From NCBI RefSeq assembly GCF_030389965.1, contig NZ_CP128399.1, positions 2,670,799-2,702,798 of the forward strand: a DNA stretch of 32,000 nucleotides, read 5' to 3'. The notes below the pieces were generated by a model, which was not told the DNA's origin, ran no database searches, and was given only the letters and a program-made list of their open reading frames with translations. This DNA is from Candidatus Chlorohelix allophototropha. Lineage in GTDB: Bacteria; Chloroflexota; Chloroflexia; Chloroheliales; Chloroheliaceae. Below are positions 1-9,395 of this stretch, one piece after another. The translations under genes were made by a program, and so were the position numbers. Position 1 is the stretch's first letter, and each line of letters opens with the position of its first letter.

Positions 1-2
1 CG

Positions 3-1835
3 CTCGGTAAATTCGGGGGATTGGGTGCGCTATTGGTGCTGTTGTTATTGGCAACTACACGCGCGGTTTTACTTCGAAAAAGCGTTTATCTCGACCTAGC
101 AATTTTTTGCGGAGTGGGCGCAATATGGGTAGCGATTAATACCGAGGCACAAGCAGCCTTCCCCCCGCCGCCTACCACAGTTATTCAGTGGGAAAACCTT
201 TTATTCAGTCTTTTCTGGTTATCGCTCTTTTTAGGCAGTACCGCAATTAGCTTAAGCCTGTTGCCAAAAGCGCGTTGGGTGGCAAGCTCATTCTGGCGTT
301 GGTCGCTTGCCTGTAGCAGCAGTGGATTCGGATTAGGTTTTTTCTTCGGGCAGAGCGAGATTGCTATATTTTGCGGAATAGCCTTACTGATTGGGTTGGG
401 ACTGACAAGCTATTTCAAGTTGAGACATAGCACAAACAAAAGGTTGGCATTGATAAGGCAAGGGCTGATACAGTTTGGCGGAATAATCCTGATAATCTTC
501 AGCCTTGCAATTGCCTTTATAGCCGTATCTGAGCAACTCGAAGCGGTTTTACTGCGCAATACGCTGGAACGTTACGCCCAAAAGGGCTGGTGGTGGGCTT
601 TCGGGGAAGACCGTTTCCCAGAACAGCGCGGTCTTAAGATTGACCCGAAACCAACAGGAGCATTGACCGGGTTAATTACCGATTTACAGGGCAAACCAAT
701 CGAGGGCGCGAACGTGGTACTGACCGATGCGGCAGGCTTTACCTTTACTACCGCCAGTGGCGCAGATGGACGCTACAATTTGCCCGGTGTTCAGGCTGGC
801 AACTATTTGCCGATGGTAGCGCGGGCAGGGTATCTTGACGCGGTTTCCACTTCCAATAGCCCTTTCGGACACTGGCGGATGGTGGCTACCGTGCGCTGGA
901 ACGCCATCACTTCCAACGTGGATTTTGTAATGCAACCGCGCGAGGAGTATCGAATACAACCCGGTAACTCGCTTAAGCTAGAGGATTCCACCGAAACTTA
1001 CCGTGATAACCCTGTGCCAAGTCCAGCGTTAAGACGCATTTTCAGCTTTGAGAATAACGGGCTGACCAAAAGCGGGATAGTGTATGAGCCGATGCCCGAT
1101 AAAGGGGCAGGGCCGTTTCCTATTCTGTTAATCGTATATCCCGGTGCGGCAAATGCTTGGGAAGGAGTTTCAATACCACTGGCAGCGCAAGGCTTTGTGG
1201 TAATTGCCTACCAACCTGAGCTATTCGGTGAGCATCCCGAACGCGGTTTGAACCTACGCGGTGATGTGAACGATATGTTGCAAATCTACAATTACGCCAA
1301 AGCGGGACAGTTCTCGACAAAAGGCGACCCGCAAAGAGTGGTCATAACCGGGGGTAGCGTTTCCACCGTCTATACCTACTTGCTATTGCGCGAGATTGAA
1401 AATAGCGCTCCCGCTGAGAAAGCAGCCGTAAAAGGGGCAATCAAATACGGGGGGCTGGCTGATTTATACCGCTACCACTACGATTGGGACAGAGGCGCAC
1501 TTTATATTGATCCCGGTATTCAGGATTTGGAAAGCCTGTTGATTGCCTTTGGACGACCTGATTTGCGCCCGGAAATATACATGCTTTTCAGCCCGGTCTA
1601 TCACCTGCAACAGGGTTCGTTGCCACCCTTGCTGGTAGTACATACCAGCAAAGATACCATCGTTCCGGTGATCCAGACTGAAATTCTAGCGCAAATTATG
1701 GAAAAGCTTAATGTGCAGCATAAGCTCTTGATTTATAAAGACATTGAGCATTATCTGGATACCAGCAAACGAGACCCCGCCCAACTGGACATGCTAAACC
1801 AGACTATCGACTTCCTGAAACAGGTCACCAATTAA
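3..1835 (+). CDS. Membrane-anchored protein with several N-terminal TM helices, a carboxypeptidase-regulatory-like (CarboxypepD_reg) domain and a C-terminal alpha/beta-hydrolase domain; 5' end probably outside the window
   Basis: ORF is open to the window edge (first listed start is TTG at 21). TM-rich N-terminus; 'GALTGLITDLQGKPIEGANVVLTDAAGFTFTTASGADGRYNLPGVQAGNY' resembles CarboxypepD_reg; 'LLIVYPGAANAWEG...VVITGGSVSTVYTYLL...PLLVVHTSKDTIVP...IEHYLD' has hydrolase character. Confidence 0.7.
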   Translation, partial: LGKFGGLGALLVLLLLATTRAVLLRKSVYLDLAIFCGVGAIWVAINTEAQAAFPPPPTTVIQWENLLFSLFWLSLFLGSTAISLSLLPKARWVASSFWRWSLACSSSGFGLGFFFGQSEIAIFCGIALLIGLGLTSYFKLRHSTNKRLALIRQGLIQFGGIILIIFSLAIAFIAVSEQLEAVLLRNTLERYAQKGWWWAFGEDRFPEQRGLKIDPKPTGALTGLITDLQGKPIEGANVVLTDAAGFTFTTASGADGRYNLPGVQAGNYLPMVARAGYLDAVSTSNSPFGHWRMVATVRWNAITSNVDFVMQPREEYRIQPGNSLKLEDSTETYRDNPVPSPALRRIFSFENNGLTKSGIVYEPMPDKGAGPFPILLIVYPGAANAWEGVSIPLAAQGFVVIAYQPELFGEHPERGLNLRGDVNDMLQIYNYAKAGQFSTKGDPQRVVITGGSVSTVYTYLLLREIENSAPAEKAAVKGAIKYGGLADLYRYHYDWDRGALYIDPGIQDLESLLIAFGRPDLRPEIYMLFSPVYHLQQGSLPPLLVVHTSKDTIVPVIQTEILAQIMEKLNVQHKLLIYKDIEHYLDTSKRDPAQLDMLNQTIDFLKQVTN

Positions 1836-1860
1836 AAAGGGATGCGTTTGTTGCATCCCT
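1834..1860 (-). terminator. Rho-independent terminator for the iorAB transcript (minus strand)
   Basis: AGGGATGC (1838-1845) / GCATCCCT (1853-1860), 7-nt loop; the minus-strand read ends in TTTTTAAT. Confidence 0.75.
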
Positions 1861-1869
1861 TCCGATTAG

Positions 1870-3774
1870 TTAAGCTTTAGTGGAAAGTGTTTTGGCTTTT
1901 GGTTCGAGACCCTTAATTATCTCAGGGATAGGCGTGTTATTCTTAAACTCGCCCAACGCCCAATCAGCCAATTGCTCCGCCCAACCGCTGCCCCGGTCGT
2001 CCTGCGCCACCAAACGTAAGGCGCGTTTTCCCAACGCAAGAGTGAGCGGATAAGCTGATTCCTCATTCCCGGTTTTGCATTTAGATTCTACCTTGATTGA
2101 AACCTCTAACACCTTTATAACAAAGCGGTCGTGCGCTTCAAACATCTTGCGGCGAGTATCGCCATAGCCTTTTACTAGCCTGCCGCTTTCCACCACCAAC
2201 ATTGCTAGTTCATAATCCAGCAAGGCAAATTTCTCTACATCGCGCGTGAAATTGCCTATTTGTTTCCACTCGCGGTTAGCGCGATGCGAAACCGGACGCA
2301 GAGGCTTGAACCAAGTCAGGAAAGCAAACGTTAGGTAACCGCTAAAAGTGTTGGGCTGTGGGTGTAATTGCAAGGTGAAATATTTCTTTTCAGCCCAAGT
2401 CCCAATCCCGGTGAGCTTACCTAACAATAGCATTGGGCTGACCAATGCGTTTGGAAATATCCCATAAATTTCAGGTGCATCCGGTTTCAGGTAATCAGTC
2501 AACACCAGCACTTGCCCATCCGCGACCTTCATCTCCTGCCGGATGCGGCTAAAGCGACCATGCTGAATTTTAAGGCTTGCCACCCGCACTGCATCCTCAT
2601 AAGTAGTACGCATAGACAGTACACGTGCGTAGGCTTCGGTAAGTTTCCATGCGTGAGTTTCACTATCCAGCTTAAAAACTCGCGCTACTTCTTTCAGATA
2701 GCGACGAGCGTAAGCTAAATTCTGGTAATCAGCGCACTGGTAAGCCGCTTCAATCAACGCCCAGTGCAGTTTTTCAGGGAATTGCGCCTGAATCTCCGCT
2801 GTCAAAGCGCGAAAATCAGCTTTCCATTTTAGCGGCAACTCGTTGCTGTGCCGTTCTATTAGTGCCGCTACATCTTTCTTTTCAGCCCGGTTGCCCGAAG
2901 AATGAGCGACAGGGATCAAGTTGATAGTGCGGCGCGGTTTGGCAGGAACAGGTTCACCGCTATCCGCCGCGCCATTAGCATTAAAGAGCGGTTTGGGAAG
3001 CGCGGCTAGCGAACGAGGCAAAGGGTCTTGTGCCGGTTCCGGTTTGGCTTGGGTAGCGTTAGCCTCACGTTGTAATTCTTCGATTTGATAGCTACGCCCA
3101 ACCTCAAAGGCTTTCAGGTTCATCTCCACCGCCAGTCCGAATTGTTGGATGGCGTTGCGATATGCCTCTACCGGGATTGGCAGCACACCGGGCAAAACCG
3201 ATAGTGCCCCTAACATAAGGGCGTTAGAGGAGAGGTCGCCCAAGCCATGCTGCCGGGCGATTTGCGGAACATCAATTATCGAATATGCTCCCGACATTTG
3301 CGCTACCGCTTCAACTATTTTTTCGGTGGGATAGCGCCCATCAAAAGCGGGCATTTTCTCGCTGGTAGTATAAAAACGCTGGCTATTGGCAACTACGGTC
3401 GTGCGCTTGCTGGCATAACCCTGTTGCACCAACCGCCCCAGTTCCAGCAATTCCTGACCAAGCAGCACATCCACCATGCCGGGGAAAGGGTGTTGCCCGA
3501 ATACTGCTTTCTCCAATTCGGCAATAGGATTCTCTATCTTGTTATTCTCCGGCAACGAGGCGATTTCCATGTAATAGCTGGTAGCCCCGCCACGTTGGGA
3601 AAGACCCGGCAGCGAAACCGACTGAGCGCGAAAACCGCTCAAATCGGCGGCAAGAAATAGCCATTCTACCAACACATTGCCGCCCTGCCCACCGATAGCC
3701 CCCACCAGAATCGTGGTAATCTGGATGGTGGGTTTATACCTTAAACGCTCTATTTGGGTTACATCCTGAAGCAT
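1870..3774 (-). CDS. iorB: Indolepyruvate:ferredoxin oxidoreductase beta-subunit-type protein (2-oxoacid oxidoreductase gamma domain) with a long C-terminal extension
   Basis: N-terminal 'VGAIGGQGGNVLVEWLFLAADLSGFRAQSVSLPGLSQRGGATSYYMEI' is the gamma/catalytic-adjacent domain; directly downstream of iorA. Confidence 0.85.
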   Translation of the reverse strand: MLQDVTQIERLRYKPTIQITTILVGAIGGQGGNVLVEWLFLAADLSGFRAQSVSLPGLSQRGGATSYYMEIASLPENNKIENPIAELEKAVFGQHPFPGMVDVLLGQELLELGRLVQQGYASKRTTVVANSQRFYTTSEKMPAFDGRYPTEKIVEAVAQMSGAYSIIDVPQIARQHGLGDLSSNALMLGALSVLPGVLPIPVEAYRNAIQQFGLAVEMNLKAFEVGRSYQIEELQREANATQAKPEPAQDPLPRSLAALPKPLFNANGAADSGEPVPAKPRRTINLIPVAHSSGNRAEKKDVAALIERHSNELPLKWKADFRALTAEIQAQFPEKLHWALIEAAYQCADYQNLAYARRYLKEVARVFKLDSETHAWKLTEAYARVLSMRTTYEDAVRVASLKIQHGRFSRIRQEMKVADGQVLVLTDYLKPDAPEIYGIFPNALVSPMLLLGKLTGIGTWAEKKYFTLQLHPQPNTFSGYLTFAFLTWFKPLRPVSHRANREWKQIGNFTRDVEKFALLDYELAMLVVESGRLVKGYGDTRRKMFEAHDRFVIKVLEVSIKVESKCKTGNEESAYPLTLALGKRALRLVAQDDRGSGWAEQLADWALGEFKNNTPIPEIIKGLEPKAKTLSTKA

Positions 3775-3798
3775 CTTATTTATCCTTCCTTATGAGCT

Positions 3799-5934
3799 TT
3801 ATACTTCTGCTCCAAAAACCAGCTTTATCAATTTCTGATTGACTTTCTGTTTGAGCCGTTCCAGCCGAGAAGGATTAGTGACCACTTTCGCCTCATAGAA
3901 GGAAGGACATAACACGGCGGCGTGTGCTACTTCTCCACACAAACCGCAACCGACACATGTATTGCTGATAGTAGCGATAGGGTCAGCGCGCAAGGGGTTG
4001 GGATTATCCTTTATGGTCAGTGAAGGGCAGCCGTTCACGCGAATACAGCTATGGTCGCCGGTACAAACCGCGTCATCTATCCCAAAACGCGATTGCTCAA
4101 CCCGCTTGCCCTCATCCAACCGCTCTTTCTTTTCCACCTTTTCGTGGCGTTGTCGCTCTAGCATACATTCGCCCACCGAGCGAATGACCTTTAACTCCGA
4201 TTCTTCGCTGGAGAAAGCCTTGTCCAGCACTTTTACCACTTCGCCCACTTTGTAGGGGTTTACCTCCACCACATTTTTAACCCCTGCCGCATGCAACGCC
4301 ATTTCAATGTCCATTGCTTTAAACTTTTCGTGACGGGCATTTTCTTCGGTGCCGGGGTTTTCCTGCTGTCCGGTCATAGAAGTCCAGCCGTTTTCAAAAA
4401 TAACCATTGTGGCATCTTGACTGTTAAAAGTGGCGTTGGCAATGCTGGTGGTTAGCCCGCTGTGCCAGAAAGTGCCATCTCCCAGAAATCCGACTGTTTT
4501 CTGCTCGGTCATTCGCGCCATTGCTCCGGCGCTGGCAAGCCCTGTGCCCATTCCGGTACAGGTATCGGTCATTTCAAAAGGCGCGTACATACCCATAATG
4601 TAACAGCCGATGTCTCCGGCATAATGCGGTAAGCCGTGCTTCTTCTCGGTCAATTTGAGAGCAGAAAAGATGGGACGCTCTGGGCAGCCAGTACAAAAGT
4701 GGGGCAAGCGTAAAGGCAAGCTATCTTCAAATACATTCGCCGCATCATGCAAGTGCTGTGCCAGTTCCGCAGCAATACCGGAGAAATACGTAGCGCCACC
4801 TGGATACACTTCTTTAGAAAGCCATGCAGTTACACTATTCAAAAGAACTGTCGGGGAATATTCCCCCGCTTCGGGCAATACGCCTTTGCCGAATATCTGC
4901 AAGTCGTGCAAGCGATGGCTCTGGGCAATCGCCCTGATTTGAGTTTCAAGGCTATCCGGCATGCCCTCTTCTACTATCAATACCTTTTCTTTATCGCGCA
5001 AAAACTCCACGATTTCTTCGGGAACCAGCGGGTGTATCACATTCAGGTTATAGATTGGGAAATTGCACTGCCCGGTATTATCGGCTTCGCCCAAAACCGT
5101 AAGCGTCCGCAGCAAGGTGTTATAAAGCATGCCCTGTGTAATAAAACCGATGCGTTCATTTTTGCCGGGGAAAAAGTCGTTCAGCTTATTCTCGCGGATA
5201 TAGCGACGGGCGGCAGGCATGCGCTCTTCAAATTTGCGTCTTTCCTGCACCTGACTATAAGGAGGTAAGGGGATTTTGGTCAGTTTATCTTCCCAGCGGG
5301 TTGCCTTGTGGTTCATATTGAACTGCGGAGTGGCATTATCTTCACAAACCAGCGAACCTTTCATGTTTCCAGTGCGAGTGCGGAAAAGATACATTGCGAT
5401 TGTGCCGCTCACTTCGCTCAACTCGAAGCCCTTTTTCACCATATCTGCCATAAGCTGAGAATCGGCACGGGGATCAATACATAAAAGACCCGATTTGTGA
5501 GCATAGGGTAAGGTCTTTTCGGCAACGCTAGTGCTGTTCAAACCATAATCTTCGCCTACGAACACCATTGCGCCCCCGATTAAGCCGGGTTGCGAAATAT
5601 GCGCCAGCGCGTCTGCACCTACGTTGTTGCCGACCACCTTCCAGTTTACGGCACCGCGCACGGGGTTATTGACCGAAGCCTGCAATAAAGCTGCTGCCGC
5701 TGCCTCATTTATCGAGCCTTCAACGTATACGCCGAGAGGTTTTAGAAATTCCTGATAACTGTCTGAAATTGCATCATAGAGGGAAGAGGTGGGCGCACCG
5801 GGGTAACCGCCGAGGTAACTAACACCGCTTTCAAGTAGCGCCTTTAGCACCACCACTGCCATGTCGCCCTTAAGCACCTGCCCCTTTCCGAAATTGAGTT
5901 GACGGAGGGTTTCAGTGGAAAAATTTCTGCCCAT
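3799..5934 (-). CDS. iorA: Indolepyruvate:ferredoxin oxidoreductase alpha subunit
   Basis: 'GDMAVVVLKALLESGVSYLGGYPGAPTSSLYDAI', TPP-binding 'HFCTGCPERPIFSAL...GDIGCYIMG...GFLGDGTFWHSG', C-terminal ferredoxin-like 'CTGDHSCIRVNGCPSL...CVGCGLCGEVAHAAVLCPSF'. Confidence 0.93.
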   Translation of the reverse strand: MGRNFSTETLRQLNFGKGQVLKGDMAVVVLKALLESGVSYLGGYPGAPTSSLYDAISDSYQEFLKPLGVYVEGSINEAAAAALLQASVNNPVRGAVNWKVVGNNVGADALAHISQPGLIGGAMVFVGEDYGLNSTSVAEKTLPYAHKSGLLCIDPRADSQLMADMVKKGFELSEVSGTIAMYLFRTRTGNMKGSLVCEDNATPQFNMNHKATRWEDKLTKIPLPPYSQVQERRKFEERMPAARRYIRENKLNDFFPGKNERIGFITQGMLYNTLLRTLTVLGEADNTGQCNFPIYNLNVIHPLVPEEIVEFLRDKEKVLIVEEGMPDSLETQIRAIAQSHRLHDLQIFGKGVLPEAGEYSPTVLLNSVTAWLSKEVYPGGATYFSGIAAELAQHLHDAANVFEDSLPLRLPHFCTGCPERPIFSALKLTEKKHGLPHYAGDIGCYIMGMYAPFEMTDTCTGMGTGLASAGAMARMTEQKTVGFLGDGTFWHSGLTTSIANATFNSQDATMVIFENGWTSMTGQQENPGTEENARHEKFKAMDIEMALHAAGVKNVVEVNPYKVGEVVKVLDKAFSSEESELKVIRSVGECMLERQRHEKVEKKERLDEGKRVEQSRFGIDDAVCTGDHSCIRVNGCPSLTIKDNPNPLRADPIATISNTCVGCGLCGEVAHAAVLCPSFYEAKVVTNPSRLERLKQKVNQKLIKLVFGAEV

Positions 5935-6025
5935 TTACACTACTCCTTGATTCTCTCAAGACCACCTTGTCATGAGATTGGGCGATAAACTTGTTAAGTA
6001 AATCTCCAGAAAATGTTGTATTATA

Positions 6026-6054
6026 TGAATAATACATTAATGCTTGTATGTCAA
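6026..6054 (-). promoter_or_regulatory. Sigma-70-like promoter for iorAB with overlapping dyads
   Basis: Minus-strand TTGACA (6054-6049), 17-nt spacer, TATTCA (6031-6026); about 85-90 nt upstream of the iorA ATG. Confidence 0.6.
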
Positions 6055-6180
6055 GCAACTTTCCGACAATCTGACAAGTGTTATAGATAAATTCTATGCA
6101 AAGCGTCGCCACTTGAGCCTATTTTGTTGCATAGTTAATAAGCGAATAGTAGCGTTAGAAGTTTTGTAGGGGGAATGGTA

Positions 6181-6813
6181 ATGGCTGATAATTTTAACGG
6201 TAAGGAAAAATATCAAAATGAATTAAAATGGGGGCGTATGCCCGAAAGCTGGAGAGTAGGCGCACGCGAAGATGCCGGAATCGAATCGGCAGGGCAACCA
6301 CCGCTTGACCAGTTAGATACTGCCATTGCACGTGCCCTCGAAAAGGATAGTCGGATTAGCTTGCTGGAATTATCGCGGCAGCTTGGCACTTCTCGCACCA
6401 CCATCTCGGAACGACTAAATCGGCTGATTGAGCAAGGTGTCATCAAAGGTTTTCATGCTCGACTGGATTACCGAAGGCTTGGCTACCCGATAATTGCTTT
6501 TGTAGGGTTACAAACTTCGCAATCGCAAAAAGCGGTAGAAGTAATCGAGGCGTTAAAGCAAATACCCGAAGTGGAAGAACTGCACACTGTTACCGGGCAA
6601 ATCGATATGCTGGTTAAGTTGCGTGCGCGAAGCACCGAACATTTGCAGCACATCCTGATCTTCAAAATCCAATCTATCCCCGGCATCGGGCGCGGCGAGA
6701 CCATGCTGGCGCTTTCTTCACACCAAGAATGGGCGCCTATCGGTATCGCCCGTCAGCCTGAAACCGATATGAACGGCACAGAGTTTGTCTCGGATGAGGA
6801 AGCCGCGAAATAA
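6181..6813 (+). CDS. Lrp/AsnC family transcriptional regulator (N-terminal HTH, C-terminal RAM/ligand domain)
   Basis: 'LDTAIARALEKDSRISLLELSRQLGTSRTTISERLNRLIEQGVIKGFHARLDYRRLGY' plus 'EVEELHTVTGQIDMLVKLRARSTEHLQHIL'; GGGGG Shine-Dalgarno better placed for ATG at 6181 than 6175. Confidence 0.92.
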   Translation: MADNFNGKEKYQNELKWGRMPESWRVGAREDAGIESAGQPPLDQLDTAIARALEKDSRISLLELSRQLGTSRTTISERLNRLIEQGVIKGFHARLDYRRLGYPIIAFVGLQTSQSQKAVEVIEALKQIPEVEELHTVTGQIDMLVKLRARSTEHLQHILIFKIQSIPGIGRGETMLALSSHQEWAPIGIARQPETDMNGTEFVSDEEAAK

Positions 6814-6821
6814 CGGGATAT

Positions 6822-7301
6822 TCAATCTTTAAGAGTCTGCAATAACCGGGCAGCCTCTTCCCTGATTCCAGAGTCAATGTGGGTTCGAGCCATCTTTAGC
6901 GGCGCAATGGCGCGCCTATCTCCCATACGCCCCAATGCAATAGCTGCATCGTAATAAGCCCCATCTGCCGGGTCATGCAAGACCGCCAGAAGTGCGGATG
7001 AAGCATGCACATCCGCAATCTGCCCCAACGCCCACACCACAACCCGGCGTGGAGCAGTATCATGCTTATCCACGCTAGTCAGCAATTTCACCAGATAACT
7101 TACTGCCAGCGGGTCACCAATCTGACCGAGCGCCGCCGCCGCAGTAAAGCGCACATTCGGTACACTATCTTTCAGCAACTCGATGAGATACGAAACGGCG
7201 CGCTCATCCCGCATCCGTCCAAGGGCAGAGGCGGCTTGTCGGCGCTTTTCAGGGTCATAGTCGTGCAAAGAACTTATAAGAGTGTCAAATTGATCGTTCA
7301 T
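6822..7301 (-). CDS. HEAT/PBS-lyase-repeat protein
   Basis: Repeats 'KRRQAASALGRMRDERAVSYLIELLKDSVPNVRFTAAAALGQIGDPLAVSYLVKLL...RRVVVWALGQI'. Confidence 0.85.
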   Translation of the reverse strand: MNDQFDTLISSLHDYDPEKRRQAASALGRMRDERAVSYLIELLKDSVPNVRFTAAAALGQIGDPLAVSYLVKLLTSVDKHDTAPRRVVVWALGQIADVHASSALLAVLHDPADGAYYDAAIALGRMGDRRAIAPLKMARTHIDSGIREEAARLLQTLKD

Positions 7302-7409
7302 AGGATAGCTGCCAGTATTAGAAACCTTGTAGTGTTTTTAAAGTTAGGTCAATTTTATAGCGATTCGAGGTTTTTATCAATCCTTTTAAAGGAAGAGGCT
7401 GAAGGAATT

Positions 7410-7898
7410 TCAGGGAAGGTGCTCTTGCTCGATTTCTACGCCCAGATAGCGGGTTTCTAGCGAGTCGGAGGAAATATCATCCCAAAAGCGATCTTTCAAA
7501 TAGGTGGGATAGACCGGGAGGTTTACTAATTCGTGGGCATGGAACCAACGGGTGTGCCTTTCCAATTGTTGCGGGTCGGTAACATCTGCAATAGTGGTGG
7601 CGCTCAGTTCACCCGTAAAGCGGCTGATTAGAAAAGCTAACTCAAGATGGTGGCGATGGCGGCTTGGTTCAATAAATTCTCTGAAATATAAAAGCCGACC
7701 TTCGGTTTCTACTTCAAGCCCTGTTTCTTCTCGAAATTCTCGGCGCAACGCCTCAAAAACCGATTTGTCCTGTGATTCTTGCCCACCGCCCGGTAATGTC
7801 CAGAATTCTTCGTGGCTATCGGGAGTATGCTCGTGTACCAGCAAAAGCCTGTTCGCCGCATCAAGCATGACTCCGGCTACTCTGATACGATAATTCAA
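7410..7898 (-). CDS. Nudix hydrolase
   Basis: Nudix box 'GGGQESQDKSVFEALRREFREETGLEVETEG'; overlaps the upstream gene stop by 4 nt. Confidence 0.92.
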   Translation of the reverse strand: MNYRIRVAGVMLDAANRLLLVHEHTPDSHEEFWTLPGGGQESQDKSVFEALRREFREETGLEVETEGRLLYFREFIEPSRHRHHLELAFLISRFTGELSATTIADVTDPQQLERHTRWFHAHELVNLPVYPTYLKDRFWDDISSDSLETRYLGVEIEQEHLP

Positions 7899-9373
7899 TT
7901 GAACTCCAACTCCTTATCCTGAGTGTAGTTCAAACCCAGCTTTAGCGCAATTTCCGCTTTCTGCAACTCGCGCCCCAAATAGCTGTAATGCTCTTCCAGC
8001 GAAGCCAATTTTTCGTGGGCAATCAATAGGCAAAGCTGACGGGCAGTTTTCCCCTCAAAATAATAGGGTGTATTACCTTCGATGGTGCTATGCTGCACCT
8101 TAATCAAACTCCGTTCGCGTTCAAGCTCGATGATAAAATAACCACGCGGGTCGCTACGCCAATCTAAGCGGCGTTTCTTGAAAGAGTCGATGGTATCGAG
8201 CGCGAATTTCCACTTATCGGCATAAATATGTGCCGAGTGTGAAATGATGGTAAGCGCACCAAGCCTCAAGCCCGTGTCGTCCGCGATTTCCTTTTGCAGT
8301 TTGCGCAAGGCATAGGTATTTTGTGCCCACGCGGTGTAAATATCGTGACTACGGAAACGGGCGGTCATATAAAGTGCGCCATCCTGTACCCCTGCCGAAA
8401 CTTCCAGCAAACAGGGCGGGTTATCACCCACGCTATCCTGTTCGACATCCCACGTCACCGCCACGGCGCGGCGGGTATGGTGCGCCTCGCGCAAACGCTC
8501 TTTCATCCGCGCAATTTGGTCGTGACCTTCCTCACCGAATGAACGCAGCCGTTCTCCATAGGTATAGGCTATTCCGGGTTCTTTCTCCGCGCTCAGGATT
8601 TTGGGATAGTAATTTTCTAGTTCGGCGCGACTAAAAGGCAAGTAATCAGCCCAAACGATGTCATCAGGGTTTTCATCGGTGATTACCGCTACCGTATTGT
8701 AAATCTCGCGCTGTTGCTGAGAATACTCAGTAGGCTTGATTTGCCCGAAGCGCATCACCAATTGCATTACTTCCAGCCATGTTTCGGCAACAGTTTCGCC
8801 CTGTACCCGAAATCCGGTGCGTTCGCTGGGTAGCGCCTTGCCGCCTTCTGGGGCAAGTTCGGGGAAAGTGCGAGGTTCGGCAAAAGGAGGAAGCGTAGCC
8901 AACTTAGCCAGTTCTAGCTTGATTTGCTCGGCAATTGCTTCGGGGTTTTTAGGATAGCCTTTAGCCGGACGCAAGTCAATGAGTTGCACCTGTTGGCGCA
9001 ATTCCTCCCACGCTTCGAGGGGAATACCTTCATCCAGTTTAGCCTGTGTGCCGGGAATAGTATGGTTCGCGCCAAGCCCTTTGGCAAAAAAGCTTGCCAA
9101 CGCTTCCCCGGTAGAGGATTGGTCAGCGCCACAAAGTATAAGGTAGCGTATTTGGGGAAACATGAAGATATTACGCGCCATCAGGTTGATACCCGCAAAG
9201 CTGTAAAGGTTGGCGCAGATGAAATAATCCGCAGTATCCAGTTTTTGGGCTATCAGATGACGCTGAGTCCAGAGGGTGCAAATGCCCACATTAGATTCAG
9301 GGTTGCCGATTTGGAGGTCTTTATAACTTATAAGATCGGTCAAATTATAAGTTGCGCCAAGTTCTGCGGTCAT
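7895..9373 (-). CDS. Thymidylate-synthase-like protein with N-terminal MtrA-like (tetrahydromethanopterin S-methyltransferase subunit A) domain
   Basis: N-terminal 'GNPESNVGICTLWTQRHLIAQKL...YLILCGADQSSTGEAL'; C-terminal 'QDGALYMTARFRSHDIYTAWAQNTYALRKLQKEIADDTGLRLGALTIISHSAHIY' is ThyA-like (R-S-x-D...N...G.L...S.H.Y). Confidence 0.8.
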   Translation of the reverse strand: MTAELGATYNLTDLISYKDLQIGNPESNVGICTLWTQRHLIAQKLDTADYFICANLYSFAGINLMARNIFMFPQIRYLILCGADQSSTGEALASFFAKGLGANHTIPGTQAKLDEGIPLEAWEELRQQVQLIDLRPAKGYPKNPEAIAEQIKLELAKLATLPPFAEPRTFPELAPEGGKALPSERTGFRVQGETVAETWLEVMQLVMRFGQIKPTEYSQQQREIYNTVAVITDENPDDIVWADYLPFSRAELENYYPKILSAEKEPGIAYTYGERLRSFGEEGHDQIARMKERLREAHHTRRAVAVTWDVEQDSVGDNPPCLLEVSAGVQDGALYMTARFRSHDIYTAWAQNTYALRKLQKEIADDTGLRLGALTIISHSAHIYADKWKFALDTIDSFKKRRLDWRSDPRGYFIIELERERSLIKVQHSTIEGNTPYYFEGKTARQLCLLIAHEKLASLEEHYSYLGRELQKAEIALKLGLNYTQDKELEFN

Positions 9374-9395
9374 TTATTGCTATCCCAAAGCTTTG

